Below are positions 16,500-28,689 of a DNA stretch of 64,000 nt, piece after piece (position 1 is the first letter of the stretch; each line of letters starts with the position of its first letter). The notes beneath the pieces were generated by a model. It was not told where the DNA came from. It saw nothing but the letters and a program-made list of their open reading frames with translations, and did no database searches. Location of the stretch: assembly GCA_964016885.1 (NCBI GenBank), contig OZ024740.1:191890001-191954000 (forward strand). Reading direction: 5' to 3'. Source of the stretch: Eledone cirrhosa (Eukaryota). Both the position numbers and the translations under genes were made by a program.

Positions 16500-17185
16500 T
16501 ACGAATTGTCTTATTAAGTTTGTGTAAACAACAATTAATAATGTCAGGGCATTTATTAATAATTTATGATGTGAAGAGTCTCAGTAGTACTGAGGTCACA
16601 CACGCTAGATATAGATTAATTTATATATGGAAACGCATGTGAGAGTTTTGACCACGAAAGGGAGTATTCCACTTTTTTATTTATTAGTGAACAAATCACT
16701 TCCGACAGGGCCGTGCTAGATCTTTTATCAGCGCTTTTTAATGAGTAGCGATGGCTTTACTACCTTTCCCTAAATCTAGTAGATGTCTTAGTAGTCGTTT
16801 GTACTTCTCATTCATAAAGAATATTATCTTCTAAACAGTTATTATTCAATGAGTAACTATTACCATTTCTGCAATTGCAATTATTTATGTTACCATTCAT
16901 TGTTCCTTCCCTGTGTCTTTGTGACCAATATATCATTTATGTTAATCCCTATTATTCGAGCTCTGTTTACTCTATTAGTGTTTCTGTGCTTACTATTGGG
17001 TCTTATCACCTTATGTTTAATTCCGAAATGTTTATTGTTAATTGTCGCTATATTCTGGGCTATGCTTTTTCTAGTCGAGTAAGAAAGTTTAATTGTGTGT
17101 TGATTAAAAATGTGAATATGTATGTTATCTAGAGCGTTAAACAAAGGAGTGAGAATGTTGAAATGGGTATAACAAAATAAACAAG
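16500..17185 (-). pseudogene. Decayed Hydra-type PLE linker/GIY-YIG fragment
   Basis: Frameshifted HIFNQHTIKLSYST..IAQNI, SADKRSSTALSEVI and ACDL match the C-terminal part of the 737-aa ORF. Confidence 0.8.
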
Positions 17186-17264
17186 GATGTACAAATGAAA
17201 CCATCTTTCTTGCTTATTATTATCATTTTTATTATTATTAATATATATATATATACATATATCT

Positions 17265-18070
17265 TCTAAGATTTTTAAAAGTGGAAGGATCGCTAATTGT
17301 TACATCTACTGATGAGAAGAGAGTTGGTGGTAATGCCTTCGCTTAATATACTTTTGGGAACCAGTTTCTATAACTGTCTAGGTATTTTCAGGCAGTTGTC
17401 CAATATAGGTTCGTTATTCTTTTTCTTGATTTACTACTTTAAATTAAGTCTAGCAAACCATATTTTTAGAGTTAATATTTTTTTACCCTAGCAAACCTGA
17501 TCCTGTACAATTCGAACACATGTATGTTTATATTTGTGTTTGTCTCTCATGTATGTTCAATTATATTACACGTCTCAGAAAAACTTCTCTTTTAGAGATA
17601 TTTAATTGTAAGAGACTATTTTGAGTTTCTAACTCAGTATATGATTGTCGGCTCCATCATGATGAGCTAATTTTAATTTCGTTTTAACCAAGCTGGTATT
17701 TTTTGCGACATATCTCTTCGAGACGAGCTTGGCTCCGAAGATATGTGCGTTATTTCATATCGCAAACAATTCAGTTTTCTAAGATTTTTAGAAGAGGAAA
17801 GATCGGTAATGTTTACACCTACTGATGAGCAGAGAGTTGGTGATCCCTTCGCTTAATATAATTTCGCAGAACAGTTTCTATAACTGTCTAGTTTTCAGGC
17901 AGTTGCCCAATATATGATTGCTATTCTTTTTCTTGATTTACTACTTTAAATTAAGTCTGGTCAACCATATTTATAGAGTTATTATTAATTCACCCTAGCA
18001 AGCCTGGTCCTTTACAATTCGAACACATGTATGTTTATATTTGTGTTTATCTCTCTTGTATGTTCAATTA
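17265..18070 (+). repeat. Two diverged direct copies (~285 bp, ~510 bp apart), each with a degenerate HHR
   Basis: ~17265-17548 matches ~17777-18072; each has CTA CTGATGA ... CAGTT TCTAT AACTG TC TAG with GAAA mutated. Confidence 0.8.
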
Positions 18071-18081
18071 TATATATATGC

Positions 18082-18158
<77 letters not shown>

Positions 18159-18168
18159 AACCAGTAAG

Positions 18169-18262
18169 ACCCCGACAGCTGAGCTCAAGCCGTTTCGACG
18201 GCTAATTCTGGACTAAATGAAAATTTATCCTGGTATTTAAATAGCCGATCTTCTCAAGGGGT
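18169..18262 (-). ncRNA. Type I hammerhead ribozyme, U3-A8 core variant
   Basis: ACCCC TTGAGAA GATCGGCTA...TAGCCGTC GAAA CGGCT TGAGCTC AGCTG TC GGGGT: all three stems pair, GUC site. Confidence 0.8.
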
Positions 18263-19374
18263 AATTCCATATATGGTCAAAGTGATTGTCAAAAATCAGT
18301 AGTAATTCTGTGGTTGCAAATTAGTAGGGGAGATGGTGGCTAAACCTGCCAGTAGGAGAAAGAGGGGAGGGGGTGGAGTAGACCCAATCAAGCGTTGGTA
18401 GTGCCAGCTACAGCTGGGCATGAGGTCAAAGAAGATACAGGGGAGGGGGAGGGGGAGGAAGTCGGAACGGTAGGTAGAACAATGGGGGGTAGAAATAGGA
18501 AAGAAAAAAAAAAAAAAAAATACTGAGAGTGAAGAAAGGCAAATAAGTGTAAAGAAAAGTAAAGTAAATTAAATTCTACGACCTAGGTGTCAGGCTATTG
18601 TTAGGCGAGAATAAAATAAAGAAAGAAAGAAAGAAGTAAAAAAATAAATAAATGAATAAATAAGGAAATAAGTAAGAGAACTAGGTGGGACGAATAAGGC
18701 AAGGACCCTTTTAAGAGGTATAAGTACGTAAATGATACGGTGACGGGTCAACAAAAGGGGCCAAAATACTAAAGAGACTACCACGAAATAAACAATAAAG
18801 GTTTCCATCCCGGGCCAGCAACGACCCAGTGCAGCAAAGTGAACTTGTACGAGATAATAATTCTGAGTCCCGAGAAAAATATATACTAATGCTAACTCTA
18901 AAAGATCTAAAACAAGCTACATGAAAGTTCGTACGAAATAAAGGTAGAATACGGAGAAATAAATTCAGAATCCACCCCGCCCAGAAGAAGAGCGAAGCAA
19001 GAAATACTGAAACGAAAAAATAAGGCATGTGCCACTAAGAAATATAGAGGGCACAGAGAATAGTGGGAGCGGTCGGAAAAAGGGGGAAAGTATCCGGGGT
19101 CTAAGCCAGCTGCTATAAAGGGCGGAGTCCGCCAAATCTATCAAAGACTAGGGGAGGGGGTGGGGGTACTAAGGCTACATGGGGCCAAAGGGCAGCCTCG
19201 GGTGGGCGAGAAAAGACGCCGACAAAGGAGAAGAGCTGGGGTAGAAGGACAAAGGGGAGAGGGGGGAAGGAAATAAAGGAAGCGATAAAAGAATACAAAG
19301 AAGATCTTACGTCTTCCTTGGCAAGCAGGGGTTACCTATTGCAAAATCGGCAACTGGGGTGTTATAGCCCTAGT

Positions 19375-21411
19375 CTACCCCCCCGGGTCATTATGGGGTT
19401 TGAGGGCGAGGTAAGTCCTACGCAATCTATGTTTACATGCAGTAACCAGTTCATCTTTCTTGTTTAGGAGTTGGTCCGTCGAAAACAGCATTTGTAAAGT
19501 TTCCTCCGAGCATAAATTGCACGGACGGCGTCTTCCCGTGTAAGAATTGGCTCTGGACAGTAATCTCCAAGTGAGATCATAGGTGATGTTGTTGTCCTTG
19601 AGGTCCCATATGTGGCCCGAAAGTGTAGTGGCGTGACGCCGGGCCGGGTTTCGGAAGGTATGTCTATGTTGGTATAGCCGGGTCTTGAAGTCACATGCGG
19701 TAAGTCCTATATAGGCTTTGTTGGAGGTATCCGTCCTCACGTTGCACTGGTAGATCACATTACGGTCTCTGCATCTATTGTCGAGTGGGCAAATAGATCT
19801 ATCCGGGCAGTTACACCTCCTGGTCGGTTCTCCACTGCTAATTAGGTTATTTCTGCCATCGGGGTTGAGTTTTTTGTTGTTAGAGGAGACGATGTTTTGT
19901 GCGAAGTTTGGTGTAGTGCTGTAAGAGAGTTTGATGGTATTTTTGTTAATTATGTTGTGGTAGCGGTGTTGTAATGGGAAGTGTTTTTCAATGAGCCTAA
20001 AGAATAGTTTCCCGATGGGAGTAGTCACCTCTGCGTTGTGGGGAGGATTGAACCATGTTACATTGCGTGAGCGGCGGTGTCTCCTGCTGGTTCCGCTAAT
20101 GGGAGCTGGACAGTAGGATATTTCCTCCCGGAAACCACTCCGCTTGAGGGCCTGGTTGTAATAAGGCGCATGTTCATCGAATATCCGCTCATTAGCTGAC
20201 AAACGGGATATGCGGAGGGAGATGTTTTTGACCAGGTTGTTTGTGATGTTCCTAGGATGGTTTGATCGGCGGTGGATGTAGTGCAGATTGTCATTAGGTT
20301 TCCTGTATGGGTAGTACAGGTCGTTTTCGAGGTCGAGGGTTACGTCCAGGAAGTTTACTCGGGTCAGGGACGTTTGTAGGGTTATTTTAAATCCCCAGTC
20401 GCGGAAGAATCTGATTAATTGTTTCCGGACCCGATCTGTACTACTGGGGTTGTACCCTTTAAGGGTAAGGAGCCCATCATCACGGTACAATCCACCACCG
20501 AATGCAGGAAACATATCAGTGAGTTTGGCTATTAGGAATAATCCTATAAGATCAGTGACCTCCGCCGAATCCGTGGCGCCCATGCTGACGTCGAAGGGTG
20601 AGTCGGGAGCTCTTTTTATCCATTTAGAGTCGTCAAAGAGTAAGACTGTCTTCCTGGCGTGGAGGATGATTTTTCTTTCCTGGTCGGTGATGGGCACGAG
20701 TGTTTCGGCGAAGTCCAAGGCGGCAGTAAGTAGCGGTAAGGTGATAGAAGCATAGTAGCTCTCTATGTCGAACTGTATGAATTTAGTTTCTCGTTTATCC
20801 TCCATATTGCTGAACCAGGAGATTACTTCCTGGGTGTTGATCCATAGGCTAAGTCGGGTGTGTTGCTTGACTTTTGGTATCACGCGGTCTAGGATTATTT
20901 TGCTGATTCTCCCTATGTCGGACTTCGTTGGGTTAATAAGCCTGATGGAGGGTTTACGGTCAAAATCGGATTTATGGTCCTTCAGTGTGAAGTATGGTGT
21001 CCGTGGGTCTAGAGGTTCCGTGCGGTCGGCGACCCCGAGGCTGGAGGTGATTTGTTGTCCATCTCGATTTATGTCCTCGATACAAGAGTGGTTGGCCTTT
21101 TTATAGGTGGAGTTTAGGCTGCTCCTAATCAGTGTGTGGTATCTGTCAGGGTTGACAAAGTATAGGTTCCCAGTTTTATCCGAATGCACCATGATGTCAT
21201 TTGTGTTATCATACTCTGTTAAGTTGCTACGGAGTTTTTGTAGGAATCGGTTGTGTCTGGGTTTAAATTTAATGTTCTTGACCAGTTGGAAGAGGTCATT
21301 CTCGAAGGGTGCGAGCAAGGGGTTCAGGGGCGGAGATTTGTAGGTAATAAATCCGAATCTCTCCTTGGTGCCGAAGTCTTGGTTGTCGCAATATCTGTCA
21401 TAGAAAAAAGT
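19375..21411 (-). CDS. PLE reverse transcriptase-GIY-YIG endonuclease (N-terminus missing)
   Basis: SDKT, KDHK, RLINP, FDIESYY, MG, GLYRDD, FLD; CxC-x5-C linker; VIY..YIG, CNLC, CKH; frame stays open upstream of 21318 (TFFYDRYC..KSPPLNP) to the (TA)n junction. Confidence 0.93.
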   Translation of the reverse strand, partial: TFFYDRYCDNQDFGTKERFGFITYKSPPLNPLLAPFENDLFQLVKNIKFKPRHNRFLQKLRSNLTEYDNTNDIMVHSDKTGNLYFVNPDRYHTLIRSSLNSTYKKANHSCIEDINRDGQQITSSLGVADRTEPLDPRTPYFTLKDHKSDFDRKPSIRLINPTKSDIGRISKIILDRVIPKVKQHTRLSLWINTQEVISWFSNMEDKRETKFIQFDIESYYASITLPLLTAALDFAETLVPITDQERKIILHARKTVLLFDDSKWIKRAPDSPFDVSMGATDSAEVTDLIGLFLIAKLTDMFPAFGGGLYRDDGLLTLKGYNPSSTDRVRKQLIRFFRDWGFKITLQTSLTRVNFLDVTLDLENDLYYPYRKPNDNLHYIHRRSNHPRNITNNLVKNISLRISRLSANERIFDEHAPYYNQALKRSGFREEISYCPAPISGTSRRHRRSRNVTWFNPPHNAEVTTPIGKLFFRLIEKHFPLQHRYHNIINKNTIKLSYSTTPNFAQNIVSSNNKKLNPDGRNNLISSGEPTRRCNCPDRSICPLDNRCRDRNVIYQCNVRTDTSNKAYIGLTACDFKTRLYQHRHTFRNPARRHATTLSGHIWDLKDNNITYDLTWRLLSRANSYTGRRRPCNLCSEETLQMLFSTDQLLNKKDELVTACKHRLRRTYLALKPHNDPGG

Positions 21412-21879
21412 TATATATATATATATATATATATATAAAGCTATGCTTCAATCGAAATCCTATTTCTTTTTTATTATAAACTGAGCCAACTTATGCAGCT
21501 TCATATGCAAATGAGATTAATCACCTCATTTACACAGACGAGAAAAGTATATATTCTCGCCTGTCTTCTAGTCTAGCAGTCACAAGCAGTGGGAGGGACC
21601 GTCCTGACCAAGACCAGTTAAGCCTGAAATGCATAGAAGGTTGTCCCCCTTTCTTCTGCTCGACACAATCAGAGGGCGTCAGCCCCCCCCCCCCCGGTGA
21701 TTGCATAGCTACGGCTTCCTAAATGCGTATTTCTTTGGAGATACGAAACATTTATACATATATATATATATATATATATATATTCATTAGTTAAGCAAAA
21801 CAAGACCACAAACTTCACATATATATATAATATATAGATAGATAGATAGAGAGAGATAGAGTTGTAGATTAGCATTGTT

Positions 21880-22630
21880 TTGATCAGTTGTCATAGACTT
21901 TGCTTTGGAGATATTGATGTGTAAGCCAGCCGCCAGTGAATGTTTTGCCAGTTCATTCAGAAGGTCTTGCAGGTCAGTTCTAGCGTAACTCAAGATGGCC
22001 AGATCGTCTGGCCATTTGATAGCCAGAGGAGCATTCTTCTTCACTTTGGTACATAAGTGCAGCTATAACTATACAGAAAAGAAGTACTGATAGTACATCA
22101 CACTGCTTAACTCCCTTCAATAGTTCTATAGAACCTGTAGCTCCTACATCTGTTTTGACATATTCTGTTGAGTTGTTGTAGGTTTCTTTGAGTAGGTTGA
22201 TGTATGTTTTTGTTAATTAAGGTCTTGTTTAAGTAAATGAAGGTGATGTGCACAGGGTTGTTGAATCTTATTGATTTCTCAATAGCTAGGATCAATGGTT
22301 CCTCTTGCAGGTTGATACGCAGCTTGTGTTTCAGGAAATGAGGCGTAATGATCTGACTTCACTCGTGCTGCAATGATACTCATCAAAAGCTTGCAAACGT
22401 TACTCAATCGTCTGACAACACGATGTTCCCCCAATCATGCCTGCTACACTTTTTGTAGAGTACAAATATCAATGACTCTTTGAACATGTCTACGCTTTTC
22501 CCTATAGTTATAACACAGTTAAAGAGATGTTGAAGTGCTTTGATAATTGGTTCAGCTCCAGCTTTCATGAATTCTGAGTATATGTTGTTCAGTCCAGGGC
22601 TTTTTCTTCGCTTCAAATTGTTCAAGTTAA
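21880..22630 (-). pseudogene. Decayed LINE (RTE-like) reverse transcriptase fragments
   Basis: LKRRKSPGLNNIYSEFMK..LQHLFN..LYKK; WPDDLAIL (xADD-like); GLHINISKAK. Confidence 0.85.
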
Positions 22631-23060
22631 GGAGTCACAAACGATCATCAAACAACAATGGAATGTACGTCTGTATACATATATGTACGTATACATACTT
22701 ATATTTAAGTAACAGCCGTACGAACAGTGGGAAATGAAATTTCCTTTCATTTTTTCGGTTTATATATTTTATATATATGTGTATATGTATTTGGTGTTTA
22801 CGTTTGTATATGTGTGGGTACAGGCTTTGCGTGGGTTCTGTATGTGCGTGCGTTTTTAGTTTTGTACGTGCTTGTATTTGCATACTCATGTCGGGTGTTT
22901 TCGCGTATGCATGTGTATGTACGTATATGGATGCGCGCATGTATATATATTTAATTTTTGTTGATTTCAATTACCTCTGTAATTTAATTACATCATTCTT
23001 AACGCTGAAGCCTAGAATCATTCGATTTCCTAAATAGAATTTTAGTCTACGACTTCAGGT

Positions 23061-23312
23061 ATACCATAAACGTGGTGTTGTCTTTGCGCGTAATTGTTCT
23101 CACCGCTGCACATAGTGACGTATTATCTTCGTTTGTTTTCGTTCATTGCCAGAGAACGTCTGCACGAACCTCCTAATAGAATATCAGTCTATGATTTCAT
23201 TTATACCATAAACGTAGTTTTGTCTTTCAGTGTAATTGTTTTCACCGCGCCAAATTATGACGTATTATCTTCGTTTTTTTCCGTTCTTTGCCAGGGAACG
23301 TTTCCACGAACC
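23061..23312. repeat. Diverged tandem duplication, period ~141 bp
   Basis: ataccataaacgt...gacgtattatcttcgttt...cacgaacc occurs twice. Confidence 0.75.
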
Positions 23313-23461
23313 AAAAGTATCGTCTTCCCGTCTTCCGTCGGTTGCAACGTATTTCGAAATATTTACTTCTGCATTCACAGATTGATTTTGATTAGTTTCA
23401 GAAGATCCTGTTAAGGGTGAAAGCACCGATTCTTTGCTTAAACTTCAATCTGTTATCTCTC

Positions 23462-23605
<144 letters not shown>

Positions 23606-23841
23606 GTATTAATACTAATATTTATTCTTATATATGTTTTATATACAAATATAAATATGGAGGTACAAGCCAGTAACCGGTAGGAGAAAAGGCCCAATGT
23701 AGAATATCAAATGTATTACAGAGCCGAGTTATGTATCTATCTAAAAGTTCTGAAGACAGGGATTTTAATTACCTACCTCTTTAAACATTCGCTATGCTCT
23801 GATGATACCAAACATAACTCTGAAAGAAACAATTCCCAGCA

Positions 23842-23914
<73 letters not shown>

Positions 23915-24094
23915 TGTGAGTGTGTGTGTGTGTATATATGTATATGTGTGTTTCAGTGTATGAATGGTTATGTATGTGTATTTGTGTGCATATATGTTTG
24001 AGTTGAGTGTGACTGTATATATATATATATATATATAAATTATTAAAAAAATAATGAATAACCAAAGAAACAGTTCCTTATATTAAAAAAATTC

Positions 24095-24232
24095 ATTATT
24101 TTACGATCGTTTCTAGGATATATATGTGTTAGAGTTGGTATGCATATTCTATAGATCTATGTACAATATTTATACAAACTATCAGAGGGAATATACATAC
24201 CTACACATATATATGCTGTCTTCAGAAATAAT
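24095..24232 (-). ncRNA. HHR motif with ~110-nt extended stem II (inverted copy)
   Basis: Reverse complement of 28041-28178, uninterrupted. Confidence 0.72.
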
Positions 24233-24689
24233 GATACTTGTTTATTGATAAGAACAAAGATTCAATACAATAGGTCTGTTTGGGAACAGATTTTGAATTG
24301 ACCAATCAGGAGATAGTGAGGGTCAAGATAGTGATATAGAATTAGTAGAACCTTAAATTATGGGTGGAGGAAGGTAGATTTAAGTTTTGGATGGAAAAGA
24401 GTATTATAATGAAGGATTACTTTAGGGAAGAAGTAGGTCATATGTTAACCTCAGAAATAATTTTATTTATTCATTGAATAAAACCAAACTAAGATCCAAT
24501 ATAATAATGCATTACTTTAGGGAAGAAGTAGGTCATATGTTGACCTCAGAAATAATTTTATTTGTTCATTGAATACAACCAACAAAGATCAAATATATTC
24601 TGTCTGTTTGGTAAGAGGTTTAGAATTAACCAATAGAAAGTTAATGATTGGCAAAATAGTAAAATAGTAGTAATTGAAACTTATTTTAG

Positions 24690-26106
24690 GGGTGACGACT
24701 GTCTTCTTCTTTCCAATAACCTTAGCCTCTCAGAGATAGAAAAAAATATGAGAAGCTTATGAGAACTTTTCTTAAAGACTATTATAGTCTAGATATTTCA
24801 TTTTAAAACACAAGTAAAGTAGTTAATTTCCTAGATATAACATTAGACTTATCTACGGGTATCTACCAACCTTACCATAAACCCAACCAAAATTTACACT
24901 ACTAACACTCACAATATGATCACCCTAAATCTATCCTTAAAAACCTTGCATATAATATATCACTTAGAATTTCTAACCTTTCGTCTAACCAAGATGTATT
25001 TGATAAAAATGCGACCTTTTATAACGAAGCTCTAGCTAGAAGTGGCCACAAAAATAGATTAGTATATATACCTTCTACAAATAATACTACAATCATACAA
25101 CCTAATATTAACAACAAACACCAAATGAAACGTACACACCTAATTGCCACTCACACTATACCCCAAAATACCAACATAAAACCAAATTTCTCTAACTCTT
25201 CTAATATACAGTATAGTAACTCTCAAAAAACTACTCATCCTACAACTCTAATAAATGTTAATAATAAAACTCCTAATAAACAAGCTAAAACACCTAAGTC
25301 AATAAATCTAACTAACAACGTGTGCGGAGAGGTTATTAACAATAATTCTCCTAGTAAACATCAAGATGCATCCTATAAAAACAATAAACAACATAGAAAC
25401 CGTAATAGACAAGTTACTTGGTATAATGCTCCATTTAATTTACAAGTTAAGGATAATATACCTAAACAATTATTTAATATCCTAGAGAAAAACTTCCCGC
25501 CAAACCACAAATACCATCAAATCTTAAATAGATCAGCAGTTAAATTCTCCTACTCAACAACCAAAAACATAAAACAAAATATAAGTGCCTATAATGCATA
25601 TAAATGTAAAAAAACCATAAGTATACCATCAGTACATCAAACTAACCATAATATCTCCTCAGATACAGGATTCAAAAAAGTTGTAACTGTAGAAACAAGG
25701 CAAACTGTCCATTAAAAGGAAATTGCCTTGTTAATAACATAATATATCAATGTAAAGTTAACACTAAGGACTCTATTTATTCATATATAGGAGCTCCTCT
25801 AACAATTTTAAGGTAATATTTAATACCCACAAACATAGTTTTAAAAATGCCGCACTAGCTAATACAACATCTCTAGCTGAAAAAATTAATAGTTATAGAA
25901 CGAGGAATATAGAATATGACCTGACCTGGAGTGTGCTCAAAAGGGCCACCTCTTATCAAAATAGTAGAAATGAATGTAGATTGTGTTCCCAAGAACTTTT
26001 CGAAATAATGAAATCTAAGGATATCCTATTAAATAAGCGACAGGAATTAATAATATCGTGTAATCATAAACTGAGAAAAACATTTAAATATTATAAACCT
26101 AATTAA
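24690..26106 (+). pseudogene. PLE RT C-terminal half plus GIY-YIG, frameshifted
   Basis: Starts at the catalytic DD; VNFLDITLDL, PYHKPN, VTWYNAPF, KFSYSTT, CNC..CPL, IIYQC..YIG, CRLC, CNH. Confidence 0.9.
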
Positions 26107-26600
26107 TATACACTTTAGAAATTAATATATAAATTAATTTTAATTTAGTTAACCTATAATTAATATTCTACTACAGATGAACTGCAAAATTCTGCTTTAA
26201 ATATTAAAAACCTAATTAATATACACTTTAGAAATTAATATATAAACTATTTTTAATTTAGTTAACCTATAATTAATATTCTACTACTGATGAACTACTA
26301 AATTTGGCTTTCCTTCTTACAAACTTCATTTCCTAAAACTGATGCCATTAAGTAAACATATGTAATTATTTTTAATTTAGTTAACCTATAATTAATATTC
26401 TACTACTGATGAACTACATAATTCTGCTTTAAATATTATAAACCTAATTAATATACACCTTAGAAATTAATATATAAACTATTTTTATTTTAGTTAACCT
26501 ATAATTAATATTCTACTAATGATGAACTACATAATTTGGCTTTCCTTCTTACAAATATCATTTCATAGAACTGATACCATTAAGTAAACATATATAATGC
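26090..26600. repeat. AT-rich ~120-bp tandem units at PLE ORF end / 3' UTR
   Basis: tttagttaacctataattaatattctactactgatgaact repeated four times. Confidence 0.85.
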
Positions 26601-26767
26601 TTTAACTTCAGGTTATGACTCTATGTTCCTTGAAACCTATGTATATTTACTATTCCCACTAATAAATTTACCCCCCCCCCCCAATAAATATATGCATATG
26701 TAAGTGTGGATGTGTGTGTATATAAGTGTGTATGTATGTATGTGTGTATGTATGTGAGTGTAAAAGA

Positions 26768-26810
<43 letters not shown>

Positions 26811-26814
26811 TATA

Positions 26815-26879
<65 letters not shown>

Positions 26880-26977
26880 GTATATGTACATGTGTATGTG
26901 TGTATATATATATATATATATGGGTATATATTTGTGTGTGTTTGTGTATGTGTATATATAGATATATATATATATAA

Positions 26978-27043
<66 letters not shown>

Positions 27044-27853
27044 ATGTGTGTGTGTATGTATGTATATATATGTAGGTATATATATGTATATATATATATA
27101 TATCATTTTTATATTCTTTTAATCTCCCCTCATCCTTAACAGCACTTTTCAACTGCATCTAACTCTTATTTATCATATCTATATGTATTAGTATAATTTT
27201 ATCAATATAAATATACCCATCAATTTAATTAATTTTATATCCTTTTCATAGATGTATTTTTTTCACTAACATCCTTATCTTAAAACTCTGGTCACCTTAG
27301 ATATCTGTATTGACATTACTATTTTATAACAGCAACTGCTTGTATACCTTCTACAGACCACCTGACCTAGTTTCAAGCCTAAAATAAGTTTCAATTACTA
27401 CTATTTTACTATTTGGCCAATCATTAACTTTCTATTGGTTAATTCTAAACCTCTTACCAAACAGACAGAATATATTTGATCTTTGTTGGTTGTATTCAAT
27501 GAACAAATAAAATTATTTCTGAGGTCAACATATGACCTACTTCTTCCCTAAAGTAATCCATTATTATATTGGATCTTAGTTTGGTTTTATTCAATGAATA
27601 AATAAAATTATTTCTGAGGTCAACATATGACCTACTTCTTCCCTAAAGTAATCCTTCATTCATAATACTCTTTTCCATCCAAAACTTAAATCTACCTTCC
27701 TCCACCCATAATTTAAGGTTCTACTAATTATATATCACTATCTTGACCCTCACTATCTCCTGATTGGTCAATTCAAAACCTGTTCCCAAACAGACCTATT
27801 GTATTGAATCTTTGTTCTTATCAATAAACAAGTATCATTATTTCTGAAGACAG

Positions 27854-28040
27854 TAGGGCAGTGGATTGGCAGTATCGGTGGAGGGTCGGACGCCATGCTT
27901 TCCAGCATAGTTATGTCCCTTTACGATCTGAGTTCAAATCCCGCCGAGGTTGACTTTGCCTTTCATCCTTACGGGGTCGATAAAATAAAGTACCAGTAAT
28001 GCACTGGGTAGTTGCTGGCCTTGTGCCTAAAGTAGAAACA
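27854..28040 (+). mobile_element. tRNA-derived SINE, family A, with 17-bp TSD
   Basis: TSD attatttctgaagacag at 27837-27853 and 28041-28057; absent from the inverted arm. Confidence 0.95.
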
Positions 28041-28178
28041 ATTATTTCTGAAGACAGCATATATATGTGTAGGTATGTATATTCCCTCTGACAGTTTGTA
28101 TAAATATTGTACATAGATCTATAGAATATGCATACCAACTCTAACACATATATATCCTAGAAACGATCGTAAAATAAT
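28041..28178 (+). ncRNA. HHR motif with ~110-nt extended stem II
   Basis: ATTATTT CTGAAGA CAG.ATATATATGTGT...ACACATATATAT.CTA GAAA CGATCG TA AAATAAT. Confidence 0.72.
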
Positions 28179-28436
28179 GATTTTTTTTAATATAAGGAGC
28201 TGTTTCTTTGTTAATTCATTATTTTTTTAATACTTTATCTTGACTCTGTTTTCCGTTTATTTTTCACCGAAAGTAGTTTTTGAATGCATCCTCTCTTTTC
28301 ATGATATCCGGATTACATTGAGTTCTTCATACGGATTGGACACTACCGTAAACTGTTGGTAGATTGTTCTACATATATATATATATATGACAAGTAAGTA
28401 TGTTTTGAAACAGTGAGCAGGTTTGAAATTAGAAAC

Positions 28437-28603
28437 TAGAATAGCTTTCACCGTATCTCTGACTAAAGAATTTTAGTCTGATAATGGGGTTTAGAACCCT
28501 CAGATAAATGGGTCAATACTCATCTTTTTCCATTTATCTGAGGGTTCTAAACCGTATTATCAGACTAAAATGTATTTAGTAAAAAATACGGTAAAAGCTA
28601 TTC

Positions 28604-28605
<2 letters not shown>
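28437..28605. repeat. Fold-back (hairpin) element at (TA)n
   Basis: ~75-bp arms with loop gtcaatactcatcttttt; related to ~29528-29595 and 59273-59457. Confidence 0.85.
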
Positions 28606-28638
<33 letters not shown>

Positions 28639-28651
28639 ATCTGTGTGTGTA

Positions 28652-28689
<38 letters not shown>

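Larger units (their letters stand above)
18156..21411 (-). mobile_element. Penelope-like element (Hydra-clade-like), 5'-truncated, inserted in (TA)n
   Basis: Both ends abut (TA)n; RT-GIY-YIG ORF, ~1.2-kb 3' UTR, terminal HHR. Confidence 0.92.
24041..28232 (+). mobile_element. 5'-truncated Hydra-type PLE with ~650-bp inverted pseudo-LTR arms
   Basis: 24041-24690 is the reverse complement of 27378-28232 (minus the SINE insert); internal RT/EN remnant; starts at (TA)n. Confidence 0.9.

Noticed and set aside
19464-21438. Overlapping alternative-frame and antisense ORFs within the PLE (also 46292-48138, 35062-35610)
   Set aside because: Shadow ORFs of the true coding frame.
26160-26530. Repeated ctactgatgaact resembling HHR cores
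   Set aside because: No properly placed GAAA or pairing stems follow.
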